Shown here one piece after another: positions 30,186-39,622 of a DNA stretch of 64,000 bases. Position 1 is the first letter of the stretch. Every line of letters begins with the position of its first letter. Location: positions 2,665 to 66,664 of the forward strand of contig JAFKEW010000008.1 in NCBI GenBank assembly GCA_017308375.1. Direction: 5' to 3'. The position numbers were made by a program, and so were the translations under genes. Below the pieces are notes generated by a model. It saw only the letters and a list, made by a program, of their open reading frames with translations, did no database searches and was not told where the DNA came from. The DNA comes from Alphaproteobacteria bacterium. GTDB lineage: Bacteria > Pseudomonadota > Alphaproteobacteria > Micropepsales > Micropepsaceae.

Positions 30186-30707
30186 TCAGGGCTTTGGTGG
30201 CATGTCGATGGCGACCTCACTCCCGGCGCTGCGGCGCTCCTGTCCGCGGTAATCGCCCGGCCTGTGGCGTCTGCGGCACGGCCCGAAATAGTATTTCGTT
30301 CGCACGAAGGCGCGCGGATATTCGATCACCGCAACCAGCCGCGCCAGAATGGATTTGGCCGACACCGGCTTTGCGAGAAATTCGGTTGCACCGGCGTCGC
30401 GCGCCTGAATGACGTGCTCGATCTGGGTGTAGCCGGTCAGCATGATCACCGGCACAAGCGGGTTTGCGGATTTGGCGTCGGTACGGATCATCCGCACCAG
30501 TTCAAGCCCGCTCGGCCCATTCAGCATCCAGTCCACGAACACAATGTCGGGGTTCGCCTCGTTGAATGCGGCCCAGGCTGTGGCGACGCTCTCTGCCTGA
30601 AACAATTGCGTGACACCGGCGGCCTGCAGGATGGCCGCCAGCAATTTGCGCATATGCGGATTGTCGTCGACGACAAGGATTTTCAGCCGGTCGAAGCGAT
30701 AGGTCAT
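30186..30707 (-). CDS. single-domain CheY-like response regulator with an Arg-rich C-terminal extension (YFGPCRRR...ERR)
   Basis: Canonical receiver residues are present: ILVVDD, VFVDWML, IMLTGY, LAKP. The tail is PRAFVRTKYYFGPCRRRHRPGDYRGQERR. The start was set at the ATG at 30707. Confidence 0.85.
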   Translation of the reverse strand: MTYRFDRLKILVVDDNPHMRKLLAAILQAAGVTQLFQAESVATAWAAFNEANPDIVFVDWMLNGPSGLELVRMIRTDAKSANPLVPVIMLTGYTQIEHVIQARDAGATEFLAKPVSAKSILARLVAVIEYPRAFVRTKYYFGPCRRRHRPGDYRGQERRSAGSEVAIDMPPKP

Positions 30708-30767
30708 GGCGGCCCGGATTTGGCGCGGCCCGGTCCGCGCCTTCGCGCCAACCATCACAAATCAAGG

Positions 30768-30782
30768 TTAAATAGAGGTTAG
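30768..30782. promoter_or_regulatory. near-consensus CtrA-type box TTAA-N7-TTAG about 60 nt upstream of the response regulator/Hpt operon
   Basis: Read directly: ggTTAAatagaggTTAGtc. It matches 7 of 8 bases of TTAA-N7-TTAA. Confidence 0.3.
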
Positions 30783-31540
30783 TCGAGAAACTGCTCGGCC
30801 AGAATGCGCTCGTCCAGATTATGGCCGGCATCGAACAGCAGGGTGGTTGAAATGGACCGGTCTTCAACCACTTCCACCGCGGTTACATCGCGGACCTCGA
30901 AATCGTCGGCCACCGCGCTCACGGGGCGCTTTCCCGCCTCCATGATCTCGAACCGCGTGCGTGCCCGCCTTGGCAGAAGCGCGCCGCGCCAGCGCCGGGG
31001 GCGGAAGGCGCTGATCGGCGTCATTGCCAGTAGTGCCGCGTCGATCGGCAGGATCGGTCCGTGGGCGGAGGAATTGTAGGCCGTGCTGCCGGCCGGCGTC
31101 GAAACCAGCATCCCGTCGCAGATCAGTTCCGCGATCCGCACCTTGTCATCGACAAGAATGCGGATCTTCGCGGCCTGCCGCGTCTGCCGCAGAAGCGAGA
31201 CTTCATTGAATGCCAGCGCCTCTATGGTTTCGCCATCGGTGAAGGCGCGCATGCGCAGCGGGTGAATCCGGGCGGACTCGGCAGCCGACAATCTCTGCTC
31301 CAGATTCTCGGCGCGATATTCGTTCATCAGGAACCCGACCGAGCCCAGATTCATGCCATAGACGGGTTTTCCCCGGTCGCGGAAGGCATGCAGGGTCTGC
31401 AGCATGAAGCCGTCACCGCCAAGCGCCACGATCACATCCGCCTTGTCTGCGCCCGCATCGGCATAGCGTGCGCGCAGTTCAGTCAGCGCGGCCTGTGCCT
31501 CCGGCGCGGCAGACGCCACAAAATGAAAGCTATGGCTCAT
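30779..31540 (-). CDS. nadK: NAD kinase
   Basis: [10 protein letters not shown], the NEV/SLLR region and [17 protein letters not shown] are present. Confidence 0.9.
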   Translation of the reverse strand: MSHSFHFVASAAPEAQAALTELRARYADAGADKADVIVALGGDGFMLQTLHAFRDRGKPVYGMNLGSVGFLMNEYRAENLEQRLSAAESARIHPLRMRAFTDGETIEALAFNEVSLLRQTRQAAKIRILVDDKVRIAELICDGMLVSTPAGSTAYNSSAHGPILPIDAALLAMTPISAFRPRRWRGALLPRRARTRFEIMEAGKRPVSAVADDFEVRDVTAVEVVEDRSISTTLLFDAGHNLDERILAEQFLD

Positions 31541-31544
31541 CCCT

Positions 31545-32531
31545 TCAACCCCCGGTCAGCGACATGGTGCGGGGAACCGCGGCCGCTTTCTGCCGCCGGG
31601 TGATGACGAAATCATGCCCCTTGGGTTTGCGTGCGATCGCTTCGTCAATGGCGGCGCGCAACAACGCATCATCATTGCTTGCACGCAACGGCGTTCTGAG
31701 GTCGGCGCGATCTTCCTGGCCCAGGCACATATACAACATGCCGGTGCACGTCACCCGCACCCGGTTGCAGCTTTCGCAGAAATTGTGCGTCAGCGGCGTG
31801 ATGAAGCCGAGCCGCCCGCCGGTTTCGCGCACGCGGACATAGCGCGCGGGCCCGCCGGTGCGGTGCGCGGTTTCTTCCAGCGTGTACTGCCGCGCAAGAT
31901 TGGCGCGCACGACCGATAGGGGCAGATATTGCTCCACACGGTCACCGTCGATTTCGCCCATCGGCATCACTTCGATCAGGGTCATATCCATGCCGCGGCT
32001 GTGGGCCCATTCCAGCATCGGCGCGATTTCATCTTCGTTCACACCCTTCATTGCCACCATGTTGATCTTGACGGAAAGCCCCGCATCCTGTGCCGCGTCG
32101 ATCCCGTGCAGAACCTGGTTCAGATCGCCCCAGCGCGTGATGGCGCGGAAGCGGGCGTCGTCGCGGCTATCCAGCGAAACATTGATCCGCCTGACACCGG
32201 CGGCTGCCAGTGGTTTCGCAAACCGTGCGAGCTGGCTGCCATTGGTGGTCACGGTCAACTCGTCGAGGCCGTCGCCCAGTCTGGCACCCAGCGTTTCAAA
32301 CAATGTCATCACGCCGCGTCGCACCAGCGGCTCGCCGCCGGTCAGGCGAATGCGCTTCACGCCCTTGGCGATGAACACGCTGCACAGCCTTGCGATCTCC
32401 TCCAGGCTGAGGACCTCTGCCTTGGGCAGAAACGTCATGTGTTCCGCCATGCAGTAGACACAGCGGAAGTCGCAGCGGTCGGTCACCGAAACGCGCAGAT
32501 AGGATATGGTGCGGCCGAACGGATCGATCAT
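31545..32531 (-). CDS. moaA: GTP 3',8-cyclase (molybdenum cofactor biosynthesis protein A)
   Basis: Radical-SAM motif CDFRCVYC, a C-terminal second cluster [13 protein letters not shown], and a GG tail. Confidence 0.93.
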   Translation of the reverse strand: MIDPFGRTISYLRVSVTDRCDFRCVYCMAEHMTFLPKAEVLSLEEIARLCSVFIAKGVKRIRLTGGEPLVRRGVMTLFETLGARLGDGLDELTVTTNGSQLARFAKPLAAAGVRRINVSLDSRDDARFRAITRWGDLNQVLHGIDAAQDAGLSVKINMVAMKGVNEDEIAPMLEWAHSRGMDMTLIEVMPMGEIDGDRVEQYLPLSVVRANLARQYTLEETAHRTGGPARYVRVRETGGRLGFITPLTHNFCESCNRVRVTCTGMLYMCLGQEDRADLRTPLRASNDDALLRAAIDEAIARKPKGHDFVITRRQKAAAVPRTMSLTGG

Positions 32532-32592
32532 CCTGCGTTTGTAGCAGGGGTGGGCGCAGGTTTCATCCCGCTTGGATTCAGGGGTTTGCCCC

Positions 32593-33657
32593 TCACGGAT
32601 TTGATAGGCGCTGCAGGGCCTGTTCCCGCGAATGGCTGGAAAAAACGCTTGTCACGGCGTCTTTCTGTTCGGCGGACAGGGTTGCGGGAATGCCGTGGGC
32701 CTGCCGTGAAAGATTGTACACCGTCGGGAAGACGGAACGGTCGATGCCCACGGCCCGGCAGGCGACGGCGACCGACGCCGGTCCGTTCTCGTAAAGCGCT
32801 TTGCGGGTGTCGGGAAGGTTCAGGCCGAGAAGCCGCGCAAAGGCCAGGTCGAACAGATCGGTCTGCCCCTGATGCAGCACGCGCAGCAGAAAACCCGGCT
32901 TCAACTGGCCTGCGGCGGCCAGCTTGTCGATCAGCTTCTGTGCCCCGTCATTCGGGTTTTCTTTCGGCGCGGGCGATGGTGCGTGCATGGCGGTATCGAT
33001 TTCGTTCAGGGCGGTATCGACCGTAGCCGCGGAAACCGGATAGTTCCGCAGAATATGTTCGCGCAGCGCGCCGGAAACCCAGGCGCACATCCGTTCTGCC
33101 AGCGGCGGGGGCAGGTCGCGGCGCTGCGCCAGTGCTTCCTGAAGGCTTACGTGCCGGCGGGATTTTTCGACCAGCCGCTCCTGCGTCTGCATATCGAAAC
33201 ACGCCGTCGTGTTATGCGCCAATGCCGTCAGAACGGTCTCGGTTTCGCTGCGGGACAGGGCGCCGGTGACCGCCACACCGATATTGGGCCGCTGGGCGAT
33301 CACTTCGTGATACGCTACATCGGTTTTCGCGATCATCTGCAGAATATCGTCATCCGAGATCAGGGCGCTGCGCAGAATGACGGGCCTTGCCACTTCCACC
33401 CGGTCGTCCGCCAGAAGAAGGATCAGGTCGTGCGGCGCGGAAATGTCGTCCGCCAGCCTTTCGGCCAGCGCGATGCGGATCGTCATCTCCACATCGCGGG
33501 TCAGCATTCTCAGGATGTCCTGCATCAGCGCGCATTCGCGCGGTGACAGGTGGTTGCCCTGCACGCGATAGAGCGAGGCGACGGCAAGGTAAATCTCCTC
33601 GCGCGTCGTATCCTGCGGGTTGGCGGCAAGCTGCGCCAGCCGGCCCATGTCGTTCAT
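32593..33657 (-). CDS. DUF2336 domain protein (HEAT/ARM-like helical repeats)
   Basis: Only the 3' 354 codons of the 716-aa tracked ORF look coding ([30 protein letters not shown]...). The upstream part is antisense to glpK and compositionally junk. Confidence 0.75.
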   Translation of the reverse strand: MNDMGRLAQLAANPQDTTREEIYLAVASLYRVQGNHLSPRECALMQDILRMLTRDVEMTIRIALAERLADDISAPHDLILLLADDRVEVARPVILRSALISDDDILQMIAKTDVAYHEVIAQRPNIGVAVTGALSRSETETVLTALAHNTTACFDMQTQERLVEKSRRHVSLQEALAQRRDLPPPLAERMCAWVSGALREHILRNYPVSAATVDTALNEIDTAMHAPSPAPKENPNDGAQKLIDKLAAAGQLKPGFLLRVLHQGQTDLFDLAFARLLGLNLPDTRKALYENGPASVAVACRAVGIDRSVFPTVYNLSRQAHGIPATLSAEQKDAVTSVFSSHSREQALQRLSNP

Positions 33658-33768
33658 GTCCCGTACGGTAAGCCCCACGCTATGCCCCGTTAAGCCCCTG
33701 ACAGCCGGGCGGCTGCCTGCATAAATGACTGCTGTGTCATAGGGTAAGGGCCTTAGCGTTAACAGCGT

Positions 33769-33783
33769 GTTAAGCTCTTTGGC
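33769..33783. promoter_or_regulatory. perfect TTAA-N7-TTAA (CtrA-box consensus) in the divergent DUF2336 / glpK intergenic region
   Basis: Read directly: gcgTTAAcagcgtgTTAAgc. Confidence 0.35.
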
Positions 33784-33804
33784 CCGCAGCCGGATGATTC
33801 TGCC

Positions 33805-35301
33805 ATGTCCCTTGAACCGCCTTTCATTTTGGCCATCGATCAGGGCACGACCTCGACCCGCGCCATCCTGTTCGACGCTGCCATGCGTCCCCTTGCGGCA
33901 CACAATATTGAGCTGCGGCAGATCTTCCCCGCAAACGGTTGGGTTGAACACGATGCGGGCGAAATCTGGCGGGCGACGCTCGCCTGCTGCCGCGCCGCGA
34001 TGAAGGGCGTGGACGCGCATGATGTCGCTGCCATCGGCATCACCAATCAGCGTGAAACCACCGTGCTGTGGGACCGGCTGACGGGCGAACCGCTGCACAA
34101 TGCCATCGTCTGGCAGGACCGGCGCACCGCCGAACGCTGCCGCGCCCTGAAGGCCGAAGGGCGGGAACAGGCCATTACGGCCCGCACTGGCCTTCTGCTC
34201 GATCCCTATTTTGCCGCCACGAAACTCGAATGGCTGCTCGATCACACTCCGGGCTCGCGGGCCCGTGCCGCGCGCGGCGAACTGGCGTTCGGCACCATCG
34301 ATTCCTGGCTGGTCTGGAAACTGACCGGCGGGCGCGTTCACGCCACCGATGTCACCAACGCCTCGCGCACGCTGCTGCTCAATCTCGAATCCTTGTCGTG
34401 GGACGATGAAATGCTGCGGCAGTTCAATATCCCGCGTGAATTGCTGCCCGATGTGCGCGCCTGCGCGGGTGATTTCGGCGCAACCGATGCGGCCCATTTC
34501 GGCGCCCCCATCCCCATTCTGGGTGTTGCGGGCGATCAGCAGGCGGCCCTGTTCGGGCAGGCCTGTTTCAATCCCGGCGATGTCAAATCGACCTATGGCA
34601 CGGGGTGTTTCGCGCTGGTCAATTGCGGGGCGAAGGTACCTGCCTCGGCCAACCGGCTGCTCGCCACCTGCGGCTATCGCGCTGCAGGCCAGATGGCTTA
34701 CGCGATCGAAGGCAGCATCTTCATCGCCGGTGCGGTGGTGCAATGGCTGCGCGATGCCGCCGGCCTGATCCGCAGCGCAGGCGAGATCGAGGCGCTGGCC
34801 CGCACCGCCAAAGCGGCGGACGGGCTTTATTTCGTACCCGCCTTCACCGGCCTTGGCGCACCTTACTGGGACCCGGATGCCCGTGGCGCGATCCTCGGGC
34901 TCACCCGCGATGCCGGTACTGCAGAAATCGCCCGCGCGGGCCTCGATGCCGTCTGCTACCAGAGCCGCGACTTACTGGAAGCCATGGCGCGGGACATGGC
35001 GGACCGCGGCATGAACCGCCCGGCCGCGATCAAGGTCGATGGCGGCATGGTGCGGAACGACTGGTTCTGCCAGCGGCTGGCCGATCTGACCGGCCTGCCG
35101 GTCGAACGTCCGCAGGTGACGGAGACGACCGCGCTTGGCGCCGCCAACCTTGCTGGTCTCGGTGCCGGGCTGTTCGCGGGCCTGCCTGAGATCGCGGCCA
35201 ATTGGGCGCTCGACCGCCGCTTCGAACCGGCGCTGTCGGCGCCGATCCGCGATGCCCTCTACGAAGGTTGGCGCAAGGCTGTCGCGCGGGTCGCTTCATG
35301 A
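33805..35301 (+). CDS. glpK: glycerol kinase
   Basis: ILAIDQGTTSTRAILF, GITNQRETTVLWD, and FGTIDSWLVWKLTGG. Confidence 0.95.
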   Translation: MSLEPPFILAIDQGTTSTRAILFDAAMRPLAAHNIELRQIFPANGWVEHDAGEIWRATLACCRAAMKGVDAHDVAAIGITNQRETTVLWDRLTGEPLHNAIVWQDRRTAERCRALKAEGREQAITARTGLLLDPYFAATKLEWLLDHTPGSRARAARGELAFGTIDSWLVWKLTGGRVHATDVTNASRTLLLNLESLSWDDEMLRQFNIPRELLPDVRACAGDFGATDAAHFGAPIPILGVAGDQQAALFGQACFNPGDVKSTYGTGCFALVNCGAKVPASANRLLATCGYRAAGQMAYAIEGSIFIAGAVVQWLRDAAGLIRSAGEIEALARTAKAADGLYFVPAFTGLGAPYWDPDARGAILGLTRDAGTAEIARAGLDAVCYQSRDLLEAMARDMADRGMNRPAAIKVDGGMVRNDWFCQRLADLTGLPVERPQVTETTALGAANLAGLGAGLFAGLPEIAANWALDRRFEPALSAPIRDALYEGWRKAVARVAS

Positions 35302-35702
35302 CCCTCCCGGCCGAGATGATGGCGCGCGTGGGGGAGGTTGTGACCTTCATTGCCACGGGCGATGCGCATCACATCGCCGAAACATTCACCGCTGATCCTG
35401 TGATCGTTGAAAACTTTGCCCCCCATATCTTTCGCGGGGCGGCGGGGCTTGCCGCCTGGCGTGCCGGAATGCGCAGTCACACGGCGGATTTGTCCGGTCT
35501 GGTGGCCAGTTTCGGCCCGCCGCAGGATGAGCGGCTTGCGGCCGATACTGCCTTTTTCACCCTGCCGACGCGGTGGATCGGCAAAACCCGCGGCCACGAT
35601 TTCTCCGAGGATGGCGGCTGGGCCTTCGTGCTGGTCCGGGAGCGTGGCGCTTGGCGCATATCCGCCTATGCCTGGGCGGTGACGGCTTTCCGCCTGCTTT
35701 AA
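35298..35702 (+). CDS. small NTF2/SnoaL-like fold protein (function unknown)
   Basis: 134 aa. The ATG overlaps the glpK stop (ATGA). The WAFVLVRERGAWRISAYAW ending is typical of the SnoaL/DUF4440 cone fold. The fold assignment is tentative. Confidence 0.55.
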   Translation: MTLPAEMMARVGEVVTFIATGDAHHIAETFTADPVIVENFAPHIFRGAAGLAAWRAGMRSHTADLSGLVASFGPPQDERLAADTAFFTLPTRWIGKTRGHDFSEDGGWAFVLVRERGAWRISAYAWAVTAFRLL

Positions 35703-35780
35703 GGTGCGGTTTGACAGGGCTTGGCCCGGCGGCACACTCTTGGTTTGGGAAATCGCCTGATTGTTGATGAGGAAACGCCA

Positions 35781-36581
35781 ATGAACGCGATGGACATGAC
35801 CGCCCGCAAAATGCCGGACCCTTCGCAAATCCGCCCGCTTGAAGGCCGCGTCAGCCCGGAGGAGTGGCAACAGCGTGTGGACCTTGCCGCCACCTACCGC
35901 CTTGTCGCCCATTATGGCTGGGACGATATGATTTTCACCCATATTTCGGCGCGCGTGCCGGGGCCGGATCACCACTTCCTGATCAATCCCTACGGCATGT
36001 TGTTTGACGAGATCACGGCCTCCAGCCTGGTCAAGATCGATGTCGATGGCCAGAAGGTGGAGGACTCGCCGTTTCCCGTGAACCCGGCCGGTTTCACCAT
36101 CCACAGCGCGGTGCACATGAACCGGGACGATGCGCATTGCGTCATCCACCTGCACACGACCGATGGCGTCGCGGTTTCCGCACAGGCCGATGGCCTTCTG
36201 CCGATCGACCAGCACGCGATGATGATCTCGGGCGAAATCGCCTATCACGATTATGAGGGCATCGCGCTCGACCTCGATGAGCGCGAACGTCTGGTTCAGG
36301 ACATCGGAAACAAGAACGCGATGATCCTGCGCAACCACGGCACGCTGACGCTCGGCAAAAGCTGCGCCGACGCGTTCCTGCGCATGTTCTACCTCGAACG
36401 CGCCTGCTCGATGCAGGTGCGCGCGCTGGCCGGCGGCGTGAAATCGAACGCACCGAACCAGGGCGTGCCGGAAAAAACGGCGGCGCAGGGCGCCATGGCG
36501 TTCGATGGGCTGGTGGGATCGCTTGCCTGGCCCGCGCTCTTACGCAAGCTCGACCGTATCGACCCCAGCTACAAGAACTAA
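35781..36581 (+). CDS. class II aldolase/adducin family protein
   Basis: THISARVPG, IHSAVH and VIHLHT (metal-binding His region), and ILRNHGTLTLG. ATG at 35781 follows GAGGAA. Confidence 0.8.
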   Translation: MNAMDMTARKMPDPSQIRPLEGRVSPEEWQQRVDLAATYRLVAHYGWDDMIFTHISARVPGPDHHFLINPYGMLFDEITASSLVKIDVDGQKVEDSPFPVNPAGFTIHSAVHMNRDDAHCVIHLHTTDGVAVSAQADGLLPIDQHAMMISGEIAYHDYEGIALDLDERERLVQDIGNKNAMILRNHGTLTLGKSCADAFLRMFYLERACSMQVRALAGGVKSNAPNQGVPEKTAAQGAMAFDGLVGSLAWPALLRKLDRIDPSYKN

Positions 36582-36597
36582 CACCGGGAACGCGCGC

Positions 36598-38910
36598 ATG
36601 AAATTCGGTGCCGGTCAATCCGTCCGCCGGACGGAGGATATTCGATTCATCACCGGGAACGGTCAGTATACGGATGATCTGTCTTTCCCGCGCCAGGCCT
36701 ATGCCGCCTTTGTGCGCAGCCCCTATGCCCACGCCAAAATCAACGGCATCGACAGTTCCGCCGCCAAATCCGCCCCCGGCGTGGTCGCGGTTCTGACGCA
36801 AGCCGACATCGTGGTCGCCGGCGGTCACAACATGCCGAGCCACACCCCGATGAAGGGCCGCGATGGCTCCGCGCCCAAAGGTGTCGACAAGCCGCTTCTG
36901 GCGGAAGCTCAGGTCACCTTCAGCGGCGAAGCTGTCGCGATGGTGATTGCCCAAACGCTGGCGGAGGCGCGCGACGCCGCCGAACTTGTCGCGGTCGATT
37001 ACGAGGATCTTCCGGCCGCCGGCACGCTTGCCGCCGCGCCCGATGCACCCGCGATTTTTGACGGCATCGCGAACAACGAAAGTTTCGATTGGGTCAATGG
37101 CAACGAAGCTGCAACCAATGCGGCCTTCGCGGCTGCGGCTCATACCGCCAGCATCGACGTGGTGCAGAACCGCATCGTCGTCAACTCGATGGAAACGCGC
37201 AATGCCATCGGCCTCTACGATTCCGCGGCAGATACCTATGAGCTTTATTCCGGCTCGCAAGGCGCCGGCGGCTTGCGCGGTCGTCTGGCCGGCACGGTCG
37301 GCATTGTGGAAGACAAGCTGCGCGTGGTCACGCCGGATGTCGGTGGCGGCTTCGGCATGAAGGCCGGCGCCTATCCGGAACAGGCGCTGGTGCTGCTGGC
37401 GGCAAAAATCACCGGCCGCCCGGTGCGCTGGTCGTCGGACAGGACGGAGGCGTTTCTGGCCGATCAGCATGGCCGCGATACCTGGACACGGGCGGAAGCG
37501 GCCCTCGACAAGGACGGTCACATCCTCGCTGTGCGCGTCACCGGCACTGCCAATCTGGGCGGTTACATGACCTTCTTCGCCCCCTTCATCCCGACCATTG
37601 CGGGCGGGCGCATTCTTGGCGGTGTCTATCGCGTGCCGAACCTGTTTGTGAACATCAAGGGCTATTTCACCAACACCGCTCCGATCAATGCCTATCGCGG
37701 CGCCGGCCGTCCCGAAGCGGCCTATATGATGGAACGGTTGATGGATGCGGCGGCTGTTGCCAGCGGCATTGATCGTGTGGAGTTGCGCAAGCGCAATCTG
37801 CTGACGCCCGAAGAACTGCCGTACAAGAACTGGTACGGTATTCCGTTCGATTCCGGCAATTACCCGATGATGCTGGAAGAAGGGCTGCGCCGCGCGGGTA
37901 TGGCGGATTTTGCATCGCGCAAGGCGCAATCGGCGGCGCGCGGCCGCCTGCGGGGTTTCGGCTTCGGCTATTATGTCGAGATTACTGCGGCGATGGGCAG
38001 CGAACCCGCCGCCGTGAAATTCACCGGCAATGGCGGCGTCGAACTCTATGTCGGCACCCAATCGAACGGGCAGGGGCACGAAACCGCCTATGCCCAGTTG
38101 ATCGCGGAAAAGCTCGGCGTGCCGTTTGAAAGCGTCACCGTCAAACAGGGCGATACGCGCTGGGTCAATGGCGGCGGCACCGGCGGCTCGCGTTCACTCA
38201 ACATGGCTGGCGGCGCGCTGCTGCAGGCATCGGATGAAGTGATCAAAAAGGGCAAGGCCGCGGCCGGTCAGGTGCTGCAGGCCGGCGGCCGCGACGTGAC
38301 ATTCGAGGTGGTGGAGGCGGTAGGCCGTTTCCGTGTCGCGGAAAGCGAGCGCAGCATCACGCTTCCCGAACTCGCCGTCACGCTGAAGCGGGAAAAGATC
38401 GCGGGCTATGAAGACGGGCTCGACAGCGATGCGCTGTTCGCCGGTTCGGCGTCCACATTCCCCAATGGCTGCCATGTCTGTGAGGTGGAGGTTGATCCCG
38501 AAACCGGCAAGGTCGATGTCGTGGCCTATCATGTGCTGGATGATTTCGGCCGCGTCATCAATCCGATGCTGGTGGCGGGGCAGGTGCATGGCGGCGTGGC
38601 GCAAGGCGTCGGACAGGCGCTTCTGGAAAACTGTGTCTACGATCCCGATAGCGGCCAATGCCTGACCGCCAGCTTCAGCGATTACGCCATGCCGCGGGCG
38701 GACGACCTGCCGGACATCGCCTTCGCCTATGAGGAAATCCCCTGCAAGACGCACGAACTGGGCGTCAAGGGCTGTGGCGAGGCGGGCACCGTCGGCGCCA
38801 TGCCCGCGGTGATCAGCGCAGTGTGCGATGCCATTGGCGTGGTGCATCTGGATATGCCGGCCACCCCCGAACGGGTCTGGCGCGCCTTGCAGGAAAAGGC
38901 CGCAGCCTAA
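36598..38910 (+). CDS. xanthine dehydrogenase family molybdopterin-binding subunit, form-II CoxL-like (AYRGAGR motif)
   Basis: 770 aa. FGAGQSVRRTEDIRFITGNGQYTDD at the N-terminus, INAYRGAGRPEA at the active-site loop, and GVKGCGEAGTVGA near the C-terminus. Confidence 0.9.
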   Translation: MKFGAGQSVRRTEDIRFITGNGQYTDDLSFPRQAYAAFVRSPYAHAKINGIDSSAAKSAPGVVAVLTQADIVVAGGHNMPSHTPMKGRDGSAPKGVDKPLLAEAQVTFSGEAVAMVIAQTLAEARDAAELVAVDYEDLPAAGTLAAAPDAPAIFDGIANNESFDWVNGNEAATNAAFAAAAHTASIDVVQNRIVVNSMETRNAIGLYDSAADTYELYSGSQGAGGLRGRLAGTVGIVEDKLRVVTPDVGGGFGMKAGAYPEQALVLLAAKITGRPVRWSSDRTEAFLADQHGRDTWTRAEAALDKDGHILAVRVTGTANLGGYMTFFAPFIPTIAGGRILGGVYRVPNLFVNIKGYFTNTAPINAYRGAGRPEAAYMMERLMDAAAVASGIDRVELRKRNLLTPEELPYKNWYGIPFDSGNYPMMLEEGLRRAGMADFASRKAQSAARGRLRGFGFGYYVEITAAMGSEPAAVKFTGNGGVELYVGTQSNGQGHETAYAQLIAEKLGVPFESVTVKQGDTRWVNGGGTGGSRSLNMAGGALLQASDEVIKKGKAAAGQVLQAGGRDVTFEVVEAVGRFRVAESERSITLPELAVTLKREKIAGYEDGLDSDALFAGSASTFPNGCHVCEVEVDPETGKVDVVAYHVLDDFGRVINPMLVAGQVHGGVAQGVGQALLENCVYDPDSGQCLTASFSDYAMPRADDLPDIAFAYEEIPCKTHELGVKGCGEAGTVGAMPAVISAVCDAIGVVHLDMPATPERVWRALQEKAAA

Positions 38911-38920
38911 GCCGGTGGCG

Positions 38921-38935
38921 TTGACTTCTTGTCAA
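38921..38935. promoter_or_regulatory. palindrome TTGAC-N5-GTCAA immediately upstream of the TetR gene (candidate operator / -35)
   Basis: Read directly: ttgacttcttgtcaa, 21 nt before the ATG at 38956. Confidence 0.35.
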
Positions 38936-38955
38936 AGCTGCTATGAAAGTCAGGC

Positions 38956-39564
38956 ATGTCCACGCCATTGACGATTGATGAACCGCGAAATCAGCGCCGC
39001 AAGCCCGAAAGCTTTGCCAAGCTGAAGAAGTCCGCCCGCAAATTGTTTGTGGAGCGCGGCTACCACGCCACCCGGCCACAGGATATCGCGCGCGAAGCGG
39101 GCCTTGGGCACGGCACCTTCTATCTGCATTTTCCCGACAAGCGTGCCTGCTTCCTCGCCTTTGTGGAGGATGCGCGGTCTGAGCTGGATGATTATCTGCG
39201 CAGCCGCGTGGACCAGAATTCAACGCTGGAAAATTTTCTCGCCACCACGATCAGCGCGATTTACGACTATTCGGCCGAACATCCCGGCGTGCTGAACGCG
39301 GCGATGACCGATGAAGCGGTGATCGATACCGAAGGTGTGCAGGCGATGCCGCTTCTGCATCGCTGGGGCCGCGACTGGGCGGAGGTTATTCGCAAAGCCG
39401 CGGCTGACGGGCACGTCACCGATGCCTATGATTGCGATATCATCGGTCAGGCGATTGTCGGTGCCCTGCATCAGACAGGCCGCGAAGGCTATGCCAGCGA
39501 CCGCAAGCGCGAACAGGTGGTGGACAATCTCACCCGTTTCCTTGTCCGCGCCCTGAAGAAGTAA
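38956..39564 (+). CDS. TetR family transcriptional regulator
   Basis: HTH region: ARKLFVERGYHATRPQDIAREAGLGHGTFYLHFPDKRACF. Confidence 0.85.
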   Translation: MSTPLTIDEPRNQRRKPESFAKLKKSARKLFVERGYHATRPQDIAREAGLGHGTFYLHFPDKRACFLAFVEDARSELDDYLRSRVDQNSTLENFLATTISAIYDYSAEHPGVLNAAMTDEAVIDTEGVQAMPLLHRWGRDWAEVIRKAAADGHVTDAYDCDIIGQAIVGALHQTGREGYASDRKREQVVDNLTRFLVRALKK

Positions 39565-39587
39565 TCCGGAAGAAATAAAGGCAAGGC

Positions 39588-39611
39588 GGGCGCCGGCCCT
39601 CCACGGCGCCC
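39588..39611. terminator. GC hairpin between convergent TetR and OMP genes
   Basis: gggcgccg-gccctcca-cggcgccc forms an 8-bp perfect stem. There is no T-run. Confidence 0.5.
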
Positions 39612-39622
39612 GGCCGCATACA

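Noticed and set aside
33658-34743. The 5' two-thirds of the 716-aa minus-strand ORF 32593-34743, which would extend the DUF2336 protein.
   Set aside because: This part overlaps glpK on the opposite strand and is compositional junk. A clean start (MNDMGRL) at 33657 gives a typical DUF2336-sized protein.
36142-38079. 645-aa ORF on the minus strand opposite the CoxL-like gene. Similar long shadow ORFs occur at 164-784 (+), 4755-5891 (+), 12511-13458 (-), 14019-15332 (-), 15867-16775 (-), 16961-17971 (-), 20105-21190 (-), 26817-27917 (-), 42405-43811 (-), 43860-45056 (-) and 55213-56844 (+).
   Set aside because: All lie antisense to, or out of frame with, genes that carry unmistakable family motifs. 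Their translations are Arg/Gly/Ala/Pro/His-rich low-complexity strings with no motifs. This is the usual stop-codon-poor shadow frame of high-GC DNA.
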